This document shows positions 1-8,522 of a stretch of DNA of 35,497 nt, piece by piece. Position numbers and translations under genes: made by a program. The notes below the pieces were generated by a model, which saw only the letters and a list, made by a program, of their open reading frames with translations, searched no databases and was not told the origin of the DNA. The DNA comes from a virus. Taxonomy: Duplodnaviria > Caudoviricetes. The stretch lies in IMG/VR virus record IMGVR_UViG_3300032295_000660, positions 1 through 35,497 of that record; one strand, given 5' to 3'. Within the stretch, counting starts at the first letter, position 1. Each line of letters begins with the position of its first letter.

Positions 1-123
1 AAGATGGCGTTCGGGTCTTGCTGCTGGCCAGCGGCTTGCATCTCGGCCATGAGCGCTTCGGCTTCTGCGTCGGTCGGTTTGACCACGCCCATGCGAATCA
101 GGCGCTTGCGGAAGTAGTCCTGC
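1..123. repeat. Terminal direct repeat, copy 1 (circular assembly overlap)
   Basis: 1-123 is identical to 35375-35497 and lies inside the portal reading frame. Confidence 0.97.
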
Positions 124-1856
124 ACATCGCCAACGCCCTCGCCTTCCATGTTTATCATGGCCATGGCACCAAGCACTTGCAGGGTCTCTGGGTCTTGGGT
201 GATCTGCATCATGCCGGTCAAGGCGCGAACGGTGGCCGCACGCTTGGAGCTGGAGGACGGGCCAACGTCCACATCCACGTCGAACTTGGCTGCGCCCAGG
301 TCGTTGGCCATCTTGACCTCGCCGGTCTCCTGGTCGATGGTCGGCTGCATCAGGGTGACGGAGTCGGTGTCGCCGTTGTCGGTGATCACCTTCATCTGGC
401 GGCCTTCCTCGACGTAGACGTCCTTGGCCATGCTCAGCCAGATTTCGCCGCAGCGCTTCATGGCCTTGGCAAAGTTGCTCATGTAGATGAAGGTCTGCAT
501 GTCCAGGCGCTGCTGGATCATCTCCACTGCCTTGCCTGACACGTTGCTGACGACTTTCTCGCCTGCCTGAGGGTTGCCCAGAATGTCCTGCATGTCCTGC
601 TCGGTCACTTGCAGCAGGGCTGCCATGGCCGGAGGGATTGCCGGACTGCGGGTGTAGGCCACCGGGCCGCTGATCGCCTGGCTGCCGTCTGCGTTGGTGA
701 TCGGGTTGATCAGCAGGTAAGGGTAATCCTTGAGGTTGTCCTCGGCCCACATGAGCTGGTGGCCAGCGATCTGCTCTGGCGTGAGGATGGGCTTCTCGAC
801 GCTGGACAGGGCGCTGATCTCGCCCAGCTTGGACAGCTGCATGTTCTTGAGGCGCTGCGCGTCCTTGGCCAGGCGCACATGGCCCATGCAGCGCTCGACG
901 TTGTCCACGAACCAGCGCTTGCCGTAGACCGGCACGATGGGAATGCACTTGCCTGCAATGTAGCCGCAGTCTTCCAGCACCTTGCCACCGGACATGATGT
1001 ACTTGTGAATCTTGCGCGACTTGATCTTGCGCTGGCGCACCTCGACGCTGCCAATGGCAGCAAGGGTTTCTTCCAGATTCGGGTCTTCGGTGAAATCGCT
1101 GGACTTGTAGCGTTCCTCAGTGCCATCGATGGCACGGAAGATGCGGATTGTCTCTGTGACATCTTCGACCTTGTAGTATTCCGCGATGTAGACCACATCG
1201 GGTGTGCACCAGTCGAACTCGTACTGGTGGATGATCTTCGGCCAGTCGGTCGGGTCGTCGTTCCACTCTTCCTTGTAGGACTCGTAGGTCATCGAGTAGA
1301 TGACATAACAGAAACGGGCGTCGGCCTTGTCCTGGCGCTTGGCGTTCAGGTCAAAGAACACGGAGCTGTCGGCATCAAAGATCGGCTCGATCTGGATGCG
1401 CTGGCGCTCGTTGTCCTCGTCCTCGTCGTCCTCGTAGGTGGTGCGCAGACGCCAGGCACCAAAGCCACCGCCAACAGCTTCCTCGAAGGCGTTGTCGTAG
1501 GCCTCGTTGGCCACGCTGTCGTGCTCGTCGGCACGGTACAGGCCATCGCAGGTGTCGGCCAGCTTGTCGTTTTCCGCGCCGTCCTTGGACACGAAGTCAA
1601 CCGTGATGCGGTTGTTGCGGTATTCCGAGATGATGCGCATGACCGCCAATGCGATCTTGTTCACCTCGAACTTGGGCTTGTTCTCGTAGATGTCCCAAAG
1701 TGGGCCTTCCCATTGAGCACCGGCCAGCGAATAGAAGCGCCGATCTTGCAAGCACTGAAGGCGCTCGTCACGCAGCGCCGTTTGGACGTTGTCAAACTGT
1801 GAGAGCGCTTCTGCGTGGAGATTAGCCAGTCGCTGCTCTTTGGAAATGCGTGCCAT
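1..1856 (-). CDS. Portal protein, P22 gp1-like, N-terminal part (continues across the junction to 35164; about 688 aa)
   Basis: ATG at 1856 (MARISKEQRLA...RFYSLAGAQWEG...ENKPKFEVNK); the frame joins the ORF ending at 35164; lies between terL and scaffold; absent from the ORF track because it runs off the edge. Confidence 0.9.
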   Translation of the reverse strand, partial: MARISKEQRLANLHAEALSQFDNVQTALRDERLQCLQDRRFYSLAGAQWEGPLWDIYENKPKFEVNKIALAVMRIISEYRNNRITVDFVSKDGAENDKLADTCDGLYRADEHDSVANEAYDNAFEEAVGGGFGAWRLRTTYEDDEDEDNERQRIQIEPIFDADSSVFFDLNAKRQDKADARFCYVIYSMTYESYKEEWNDDPTDWPKIIHQYEFDWCTPDVVYIAEYYKVEDVTETIRIFRAIDGTEERYKSSDFTEDPNLEETLAAIGSVEVRQRKIKSRKIHKYIMSGGKVLEDCGYIAGKCIPIVPVYGKRWFVDNVERCMGHVRLAKDAQRLKNMQLSKLGEISALSSVEKPILTPEQIAGHQLMWAEDNLKDYPYLLINPITNADGSQAISGPVAYTRSPAIPPAMAALLQVTEQDMQDILGNPQAGEKVVSNVSGKAVEMIQQRLDMQTFIYMSNFAKAMKRCGEIWLSMAKDVYVEEGRQMKVITDNGDTDSVTLMQPTIDQETGEVKMANDLGAAKFDVDVDVGPSSSSKRAATVRALTGMMQITQDPETLQVLGAMAMINMEGEGVGDVQDYFRKRLIRMGVVKPTDAEAEALMAEMQAAGQQQDPNAI

Positions 1857-1883
1857 ATTTTTGCCCTCGTTTCAAGTATTTTC

Positions 1884-3350
1884 TCACCATTTCGACACGT
1901 TCGGCAATGGTTTGACCGTTGCCGCCCGATTGGCCGGGAGACGCTGCACCAGGTTGATGGCGTCGAACATCGGGTCAAGCTGGTCATCATGAGCGCCAGC
2001 CGGGAAAGCTGCAACCTCGCTCAGGAAGTCTGAAAGCCATGGCGCGTCCTGCGGCAGCACCACGTTGCCGGACGCGATGAACGGAGCCGCGTCATAGCCT
2101 CTGCTGATCTTGTCCTTGCTGCGTTGCACAGCGACAACAGGGATGCCCTCGCGCCGCAGGGTCTGGATCAGGCCGGTGCCGGACACCTTGTCTTCCACGT
2201 ACATGCCGCGCAGGGCAGAGCCTTGGGCCGCCGGGCGCATGTCGTTCAGGTGCTTGAGCCAGAAAGCCCTGGCGTTGATCAGAAGCTCTGGAGCCTCCCA
2301 CTTTCCGCGCACCTGGTCGAGCTTGACCGCCTGGCCAACGGTCGAACGCGCCCAGCACTGCAGCACCGACCAGTCGTTGTGGTCAGCGGTCTTTTGGGCC
2401 GTGTCCACGGTGATGAAGCGGAACTCGAGCTGCGGGACGCTAGCCCAATACTTGAACCACTCGGTGTTGATGATGCCGCCGCCACGGGGCGCAGGCCGCT
2501 GCTGGAGCTGGCCAGCCGTGCCGTAGGGGCCGAGGGTTTTCTCCAGCTCGGACACCTGGGCTTCACCAAAGCGCTCGGGGAACATCAGCTCGCCTTCCTT
2601 GGTGCGCGGGTCAGTCCAGCCGATGCTGGTGGTGCAGCGGTGCTCAGGCTCGAAGCGCATCGGGATGCACAGGTGCACGTAAGGCAGGCCCATGTCTTTG
2701 ATGACGCCGGAAATGTCCTTCTCGTTCAGGCGCTGCATGATGACCACGATTGCCGACTTGTCGGAGTTGACGCGGGTCGGCAGCGTCTCGGTGAAGGCGA
2801 TCTTGGCCGCCTCCAGCTTGGCCTGGCTGTTGGCATTGTCGGCGCTGATCGGGTCGTCCAGGATGACCCGGTCGCCTCGCACGCCGGTCATGCTGGTGAA
2901 GGCTCGGGCCTGTCGGATGCCCTTGCGGGTATTCCCGAACTCGCGCTTTCCATCCAGGTCGGCCAGCAGGTCAAGCGGCCAGAGCTTCTGAAACCACTCG
3001 GACTTGATCAGGTCGCGGCAGCGTCGGCTGTCACGGATGGCCAGCTGCTCCTCGTGGGCCGTACCCACAAAGCGCATCTCAGGCAGGCCAACTGGCCCCC
3101 ACTCCCAAGCTGGCCAGATCACGCCGGTCAGCAAAGACTTCATGGAGCCGGGTGGCACGTTCATCAGCAGACGGTTGATCTCGCCCTTGGTCACAGCTTC
3201 TAGGTGCAGGCAGATGGCATCCAGCGCCCAGCCCCACTTCAGCTGGGCAGCCGGTTCAAGCACACGCCAGGCACGCTTGGCAAACTCAGCCAGGCTGCGC
3301 TTGCACAGCTCACGCTCGATGGCCAGCAGGTCAGCTTCGGTCAGTTGCAT
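1884..3350 (-). CDS. terL: Terminase large subunit
   Basis: NVPPGSMKS Walker A-like, VILDDP Walker B, VIMQRL motif III, C-terminal nuclease TVDTA...HDDQLD; ATG at 3350. Confidence 0.95.
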   Translation of the reverse strand: MQLTEADLLAIERELCKRSLAEFAKRAWRVLEPAAQLKWGWALDAICLHLEAVTKGEINRLLMNVPPGSMKSLLTGVIWPAWEWGPVGLPEMRFVGTAHEEQLAIRDSRRCRDLIKSEWFQKLWPLDLLADLDGKREFGNTRKGIRQARAFTSMTGVRGDRVILDDPISADNANSQAKLEAAKIAFTETLPTRVNSDKSAIVVIMQRLNEKDISGVIKDMGLPYVHLCIPMRFEPEHRCTTSIGWTDPRTKEGELMFPERFGEAQVSELEKTLGPYGTAGQLQQRPAPRGGGIINTEWFKYWASVPQLEFRFITVDTAQKTADHNDWSVLQCWARSTVGQAVKLDQVRGKWEAPELLINARAFWLKHLNDMRPAAQGSALRGMYVEDKVSGTGLIQTLRREGIPVVAVQRSKDKISRGYDAAPFIASGNVVLPQDAPWLSDFLSEVAAFPAGAHDDQLDPMFDAINLVQRLPANRAATVKPLPNVSKW

Positions 3351-3900
3351 TTTTGCAGTTCTCAAAGTGATAACGCTTCATGATCGGAGCGCCACCTATA
3401 AGCAAACAGTGCGGACATTGAATTTTTGGTTTTGGTTGACCAGACATGGTCTCGCTGATCTTTTTTTTGGTGTTTGAATCTCTTGGTTTACCGGCCATGT
3501 GTTTGTTGCCTATTTTTTTGGCGCTCAACTTTTCTTTGGTTTCATGGCTAAAAACTTTTCCGATGTGTGAAATCGAAAGTTTTTTTCTTGTTTCAGCGGT
3601 TGGGACATAACCAGAACATCCTTCGCCACCATCAGTCATGTTGCAAAGCCGAATGCCAATGGAACGAAGCTGGTCGATTCGTTCAGCCTCAGCAAGAAAA
3701 GCAAGTTCCTCTGTCACGTTTTGAATCGTCATGCGCACAGAAAAACCACCGGATTTGTCAACAATGCTTTTCCAATGTTTGCTTCTTTTGCCGATAACGT
3801 AAGCGCGTTTTTTGCATCCTTTACCAACGTAAAAAACATTTCCAGTGTCATTGCGGATGTGCTCATACACGTAAAACATTTTTTCTTGAGCCTGAATCAT
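3331..3900 (-). CDS. Free-standing GIY-YIG homing endonuclease with NUMOD3-like repeats
   Basis: YVYEH...FYVGKG...R, conserved E, N.TDGGEG, repeats ETRKKLS/ETKEKLS/NTKKKIS; AT-rich; inserted between terS and terL. Confidence 0.85.
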   Translation of the reverse strand: MIQAQEKMFYVYEHIRNDTGNVFYVGKGCKKRAYVIGKRSKHWKSIVDKSGGFSVRMTIQNVTEELAFLAEAERIDQLRSIGIRLCNMTDGGEGCSGYVPTAETRKKLSISHIGKVFSHETKEKLSAKKIGNKHMAGKPRDSNTKKKISETMSGQPKPKIQCPHCLLIGGAPIMKRYHFENCKNATDRS

Positions 3901-3903
3901 TGC

Positions 3904-4386
3904 TTACTCGCCACCAGTTGCATCTTTTGCGGCCATGATCTGCGCCAGCACCTCAGTGCCAAGTTGGGAAACGTCCAGGGTGGCCACGGCAATGGGTGCG
4001 CCGTCCTTGCCGGTGTGCTCCAGCTGCCTTGGCGGTTCTTTCCAGCCCATTTGGCACTTCGACCACCAAATCTGCGCGGTCGTGTCGCCTGCCATGGCTT
4101 TCTGGAAGATGCCCTTGCCGATCTGGGCGTTGGCCTTGGCCTTGCCGTTCACCAGCTCGGTGGCGAACTTGTCGCGCAGTGTGTCGATGCAGATGCCTTC
4201 CCGAATCAGGGCAGCGATCTGCTCAAACGGCACGCCGTAACCGGACATTGCCTCCACCTGCTTGCGCTCGGCATCGGTCGGTTCAAAGGGTTTGCGGCCA
4301 GCGCCAGGACGTGCGCCGCCGTTCTTTTTGGGTTGAACTGCCTCTTTTTTAGGCAGTCGGGTGGATTTTTCAGGTGTTTTTGCCAT
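3904..4386 (-). CDS. terS: Terminase small subunit
   Basis: GGARPGAGRK N-terminus, HTH-like middle, AQIWWSK..MGW and EHTGKDGAPI C-terminal motif; upstream of terL. Confidence 0.8.
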   Translation of the reverse strand: MAKTPEKSTRLPKKEAVQPKKNGGARPGAGRKPFEPTDAERKQVEAMSGYGVPFEQIAALIREGICIDTLRDKFATELVNGKAKANAQIGKGIFQKAMAGDTTAQIWWSKCQMGWKEPPRQLEHTGKDGAPIAVATLDVSQLGTEVLAQIMAAKDATGGE

Positions 4387-5608
4387 TTGTAACCTCCGCG
4401 AAAGGTTCGCCAGTTTCTGCGTGAATTGCTATTTTGCCTGTGAAATCCTGCCAACGCTTCACGATCACATCGCAATACTTCGGGTCGAGTTCCATCAGGC
4501 GTGCGACGCGGCCGTTCTTCTCGGCTGCGATCAGGGTGGTGCCGGAGCCGCCGAAGCTGTCCAGGACTTGGTCGCCGCCCTTGGTGTTGTTCAGGAGCTG
4601 GTACTCGAACAGGGCAACCGGCTTCATAGTCGGGTGCTCGCCGTTGCGACTTGGCTTCTCGAACTCCAGGATGGTGGTCTGTTTGCGGTCGGCTGCCCAG
4701 AGGTGCCCGGCTCCTTCTTTCCAGCCATACAGGCATGGCTCGTGCTTCCAGTGGTAGTCCTGCCGCCCCATGACCATGCTGGACTTCTTCCAAATCAGGC
4801 ACTGGCGAACTTTCCAGCCTGCGTCCTGGGCAGCGCCTCGGAAGTTGTAGCCCTCGGAGTCTGCGTGCCAGATGTAGAAGACCGCGCCTGGCTTCATCAC
4901 CATGTCGGCAGCCGTGTAAGCATCGCGCAAGAACTGGCGGAACTGATCGTCGCCCATCTCGTCGTTCTTGATCTTGAGAGCGTCCTTGGTCTTGCCCTCA
5001 TAGGCCACGTTGTAAGGTGGGTCGGTCAGCCACATGTCGACTAGCTGGCCATCGGTGAGCTTTTCCAGATCGCTGACGCTGGTGCTGTCGCCGCACAGAA
5101 GGCGGTGCTTACCCATAACCCAAATGTCGCCGGGCCGGGTGCGCGGGTTCTCGGGCAGCGGTGGGGCATCGTCGGGGTCGGTCAGGCCTTCGGTGCCCAC
5201 GGGCGCCAACAGCTCCTTGATCTCGTCCAGGTCGAAGCCAGTCAGCTCGAGGTCGAAACCAAGCTCCTGCAGGTCAGCAAACTCCACCTTCAGCATTTCA
5301 GTGTCCCAGCCGGAGTTCAGCGCCAGCCGGTTGTCGGCAATGACGTAGGCGCGTTTTTGAGCGTCGGTCAGGTGTTCCAGTCGTATGCATGGAACCTCGC
5401 TCAGGCCCAACTTGCGTGCAGCAAGCACTCGGCCATGTCCGGCAATGATGCCCCCCCCCGCGTCAATCAGCACCGGATTGGTGAATCCGAATTCCTTGAT
5501 GGATGCCGCGATCTGGGCCACCTGCGCGTCGCTGTGTGTCCGGCTGTTGCGTGCGTAAGGGATGAGCGCATCGATCTGGATGGCTTCGAGTGTGTCTGGA
5601 AGTTTCAT
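4370..5608 (-). CDS. ParB-like domain fused to an N6/N4 DNA methyltransferase
   Basis: LIPYARNSRTH...IIAGHGR (ParB-N); DPPY catalytic motif, HPTMKPV, DSFGGSGTT SAM-binding motif. Confidence 0.93.
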   Translation of the reverse strand: MKLPDTLEAIQIDALIPYARNSRTHSDAQVAQIAASIKEFGFTNPVLIDAGGGIIAGHGRVLAARKLGLSEVPCIRLEHLTDAQKRAYVIADNRLALNSGWDTEMLKVEFADLQELGFDLELTGFDLDEIKELLAPVGTEGLTDPDDAPPLPENPRTRPGDIWVMGKHRLLCGDSTSVSDLEKLTDGQLVDMWLTDPPYNVAYEGKTKDALKIKNDEMGDDQFRQFLRDAYTAADMVMKPGAVFYIWHADSEGYNFRGAAQDAGWKVRQCLIWKKSSMVMGRQDYHWKHEPCLYGWKEGAGHLWAADRKQTTILEFEKPSRNGEHPTMKPVALFEYQLLNNTKGGDQVLDSFGGSGTTLIAAEKNGRVARLMELDPKYCDVIVKRWQDFTGKIAIHAETGEPFAEVTNGKNT

Positions 5609-5622
5609 TTTGCTGGCCTTGG

Positions 5623-5751
5623 TCAAAAGCCGCCGTTGCGGGTGGTGGTGCAGGTAACGCTGCCGTCCCAGTTTTTAACGCACCGGGTGGTGGTCTGTGC
5701 TTGGGCGAAGGTGGCGGCCAGGGTGATGGCGAGGATGATGATGGCTTTCAT
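5623..5751 (-). CDS. Small secreted peptide, 42 aa (MKAIIILAITLAATFAQAQTTTRCVKNWDGSVTCTTTRNGGF)
   Basis: Translated by hand; ATGA overlap with the ninG stop; AAGGT upstream; signal-peptide pattern. Confidence 0.72.
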   Translation of the reverse strand: MKAIIILAITLAATFAQAQTTTRCVKNWDGSVTCTTTRNGGF

Positions 5752-6314
5752 GGTTTACCTTTCTTGGTTGAGAGCGCTGCCGCCCGATAGTGTTTGGCCA
5801 GTTCGATCAGGCCTTCGTGAGAGTATTTGCGCACCGTGTTGTCGCTTTCGATGCTTTCCACGGCTTGCAGGCCGATTCGTTCGACCAGGCGCTTGCGGTA
5901 TTCCACGTGGTTCCCGGCCAGGTAGTTGTTGCAGTGCTTGCATTGGCCGTGGCAGTTTTCCTCGACAAACCTCATGTTCGGTGCGCTGCCGACTGATCGG
6001 TAGTGTCCTGCATCGTAGGTGTTCGGCTCACTGCTCAGTGGAGTCCCACAGGAAATGCAGGGTTTACCCGCATCTCTGGCACGGATGAATGCGTTGAAGG
6101 CCGTCTGCGCTTTCTTGGTCAGCTGCGGCTTGGTTTGCATGGCGTCAAGCTTCTGGCGGGTTTCCTTGCGGTCTTTGGCCTGCTCCTTGGCTTGGGCCTT
6201 CTCCGTAGTTTTTCGGGCCAACACAAGGGCGCACGGTGGGCTGCACACCGTTTGCAGTGGCCTGGTCTTGGTGTAGGCGCACTGGCAGACTTTGCACTTT
6301 GCGGGTTTTGTCAT
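5748..6314 (-). CDS. ninG: NinG/Rap-family recombination endonuclease
   Basis: CKVC..CS..C zinc motif; FNAFIRARD..KPCISCG..DAGHYRSVG..N.HGQC..CN. Confidence 0.9.
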   Translation of the reverse strand: MTKPAKCKVCQCAYTKTRPLQTVCSPPCALVLARKTTEKAQAKEQAKDRKETRQKLDAMQTKPQLTKKAQTAFNAFIRARDAGKPCISCGTPLSSEPNTYDAGHYRSVGSAPNMRFVEENCHGQCKHCNNYLAGNHVEYRKRLVERIGLQAVESIESDNTVRKYSHEGLIELAKHYRAAALSTKKGKP

Positions 6315-6598
6315 TTGACGCCCCTGTCGTCCAGCCAAAGCATGAACAGCAAACAGCATCCAGCGTGGGCCAGGTGGTGCAAGCCGCTTTCAGGGTCGTT
6401 CTTCTCGCCATCGCGCCAGGCGTGCACATGCCGCATCAAGGCGTCGTAGTAACGCTCCGGGCCTCGGTCAACGTGCTGCCAGTTGTTCTCGGTGTACTTT
6501 GCTGCGCCGAACTCCAGCACGGCAATGATTTGTTGGACGGTTCCGGCAGGCAGAAGGCTCCAGCGTGGCTTTTTCCCGTCGTGCTTCGTGCCGATCAT
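6311..6598 (-). CDS. dATP/dGTP diphosphohydrolase N-terminal-domain protein (DUF5664-like)
   Basis: KHDGKKPRWSLLP, VLEFGAAKY..NNW, DALMRH, DPESGLHHLAHA. Confidence 0.85.
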   Translation of the reverse strand: MIGTKHDGKKPRWSLLPAGTVQQIIAVLEFGAAKYTENNWQHVDRGPERYYDALMRHVHAWRDGEKNDPESGLHHLAHAGCCLLFMLWLDDRGVK

Positions 6599-7305
6599 AA
6601 TACTGCCTCGATCTTGTAGTCGTGAAAGATTGCACCTTTGCTGGCGTCACCGACCTTGCAGGCCTTGACCCAGACGTTTTTTCCGGTGGTCAGCCTGCGA
6701 AGGTGTCCTCGGCGGTCGTGCAGCCTGGGTGATGCGTGTGTTCCGCCTTTGCTGTCCGATCGTGGTTTTGCAGGCTCAATGTAGACCGTCGTCCAGTCGT
6801 ATGTTGGTGCTTTGCCTTGCTGCATTTTCCTTCGATTCGTGAAGGTGTCACGCACTGTTGGAATGTATGCCTCGATTCGACGATCCATCAGGCCGTACCA
6901 AACGCCGACCTGCGCTAGCATCAATTCTGCCAACTCCTTGTCCACCGGTTCGTCATCATTGACAGCGCCGTAGCGGATTTGGTCGCCTTCTATGAAGTAA
7001 AACATGGCCGGGATTGGCCGAAGCCTGGTTCCGGTTGGGCCTTTCCACATTGAGACGGTGATTCCGTCCTCTGGGTCATTTCCAGCCACCAGCATCAGCA
7101 CTTCGTAGCTGGCGTGGGTTTTGGTCTTTCCTTTCCAAACCACAAAGCATTTATCAAATGGCGGTCTGTGCGTCATCACTGGGTCCAGGTCTGCGCGTTG
7201 CTGATCGGTGAATCCGCCGCTAAGGTCAAACCATTTGATGTCCACAATGTCAATGCCTGCATCGGCCATGAGCTTCATGGAGTCTCGGACCAGTTGCGTC
7301 GTCAT
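6595..7305 (-). CDS. Hypothetical phage protein with C-terminal HASPRLHDRRGH motif
   Basis: ATGA overlaps on both sides; basic C-terminal H..RGH.R...VWV motif. Confidence 0.75.
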   Translation of the reverse strand: MTTQLVRDSMKLMADAGIDIVDIKWFDLSGGFTDQQRADLDPVMTHRPPFDKCFVVWKGKTKTHASYEVLMLVAGNDPEDGITVSMWKGPTGTRLRPIPAMFYFIEGDQIRYGAVNDDEPVDKELAELMLAQVGVWYGLMDRRIEAYIPTVRDTFTNRRKMQQGKAPTYDWTTVYIEPAKPRSDSKGGTHASPRLHDRRGHLRRLTTGKNVWVKACKVGDASKGAIFHDYKIEAVL

Positions 7306-7739
7306 GTGATCTCCCCGGTGTCTGGGTCGATGAATTCTGGCGCGGTGAACTTGACGCCTTGCTGCACACCAAAGGCCTCGATCAGTTCTTGAAGCTCGCA
7401 CATCTCGGGCTTGGTCATGTTGCTGGTGGACTTACCCAGGGCAACAAAGCCGCCGTCGATGCCTGGCACGACGTCCTGTTTGGTCAAGGCTGCGGTCAGC
7501 ACGTCCTTCCAGTTTTCAGGGGTCAGCTTCCTGCCGTACCAGTTCACTTGCTTGCTGACGTCGGTCAACATGGCCCAGAGCCTGCGGTTTTGTTCCAGGC
7601 TGCGCGTTTCCTTTCTGACCTCGACGACCATCCGGTGGCCAGCCATCAAGGATGCCTTGATCAGCGGCCAGATTTGCTGCGTAAGCACCTTGTGGGCCTG
7701 CACCGGTTCGAACATGGTCATTTTGATGCGGTCGGTCAT
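7302..7739 (-). CDS. ninB: NinB/Orf-family recombination protein
   Basis: RSLEQNRRLWAMLTDVSKQV.WYG.KL..ENWKD...VVPGIDGGFV.LG.STS.M. Confidence 0.9.
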   Translation of the reverse strand: MTDRIKMTMFEPVQAHKVLTQQIWPLIKASLMAGHRMVVEVRKETRSLEQNRRLWAMLTDVSKQVNWYGRKLTPENWKDVLTAALTKQDVVPGIDGGFVALGKSTSNMTKPEMCELQELIEAFGVQQGVKFTAPEFIDPDTGEIT

Positions 7740-7740
7740 G

Positions 7741-7995
7741 TCAGGCACTCCCGGACTGCGATCCAGCACTCGTCGGCGCTGAGGGGTGTTTCGTCAAGTT
7801 CTGGCGCACGGACTCCAAGATGCGCTCCCGGCCAGGGTTGTCTGGAAATCGCTCGATGGCCGCCAGCATGGACGCAGCCAGGCGTTTGTCGGGGCGGGCG
7901 CTCAGTACCAGCCTGCAGCAGCACTCCACGCATTTGAACGAATACGCCCCACTGTGCGGCCGTTGTTTCGATGATTCGCATTGCTGGCATGTCAT
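7741..7995 (-). CDS. Small Cys-rich hypothetical protein
   Basis: CQQC...CVECC; ATGA overlap with upstream gene. Confidence 0.6.
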   Translation of the reverse strand: MTCQQCESSKQRPHSGAYSFKCVECCCRLVLSARPDKRLAASMLAAIERFPDNPGRERILESVRQNLTKHPSAPTSAGSQSGSA

Positions 7996-8522
7996 TCTCC
8001 CTCCTGCAGGCGCAGTGCCTTCTTGGCCATGTCAACGCTGCCAGCGCTGATTCGCGCACCAGCTGCCTGCCTGGCCATAATCTTTCTCGCCCAGTCTCGC
8101 CCGTCGTTCATAACCACAAACTCCACCGGGCCGATGGGCTTTTCATCTGGCGGTGGAAGTCTGCGAGGCTGGTCATCGCTGAAGGTCTTGCGCGGCATCA
8201 CGGCTTTGCAGATCGATTCAAACTGCGGAAGGTTCGGCGGAAACTCTGGACAAACCTCGGTCAGGCGCTTGGCGGCAGTCTCGATGGTGTCCGGTGAATA
8301 ATTGGCCAGGGTCGATTCCCAGACCAGCATGGCAGCGCGGATTCCCTTGTCCTTGCCGTTGGCGTCGCGCTCGCCTGTGGAAAACTTAGTGGTGAACAGG
8401 CTTCCGTAAGACCCGTGCAAGACCAGAAACAGCTTGCGGATGGTCGGATTGTCTCCGCGTGGCGCGGGTTGTTGGCCAGCGTTCTGGATGGCCTGGCTTG
8501 CCATTTCAGCGAGGTTATTCAT
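7992..8522 (-). CDS. Putative replication accessory protein (P-like/helicase-loader position)
   Basis: Directly downstream of and overlapping the initiator; W...L...EFPPNLPQF motif. Confidence 0.55.
   Translation of the reverse strand: MNNLAEMASQAIQNAGQQPAPRGDNPTIRKLFLVLHGSYGSLFTTKFSTGERDANGKDKGIRAAMLVWESTLANYSPDTIETAAKRLTEVCPEFPPNLPQFESICKAVMPRKTFSDDQPRRLPPPDEKPIGPVEFVVMNDGRDWARKIMARQAAGARISAGSVDMAKKALRLQEGE

Noticed and set aside
1-123. 123-bp terminal repeat as a biological DTR or att site
   Set aside because: It falls mid-portal and in frame, which is best explained as assembler overlap of a circularly permuted genome
609-3203. Long plus-strand ORFs (609..1802, 2124..3203) and similar antisense ORFs elsewhere
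   Set aside because: Antisense shadows of portal and terL caused by GC-rich codon bias; no SD or motifs
3331-3923. Group I intron interrupting terL
   Set aside because: The insert is almost entirely ORF with no room for ribozyme core elements, and terL has an intact start downstream
6311-6598. 2-aminoadenine (Z) genome system
   Set aside because: No PurZ or phage DNA polymerase recognised in the genome
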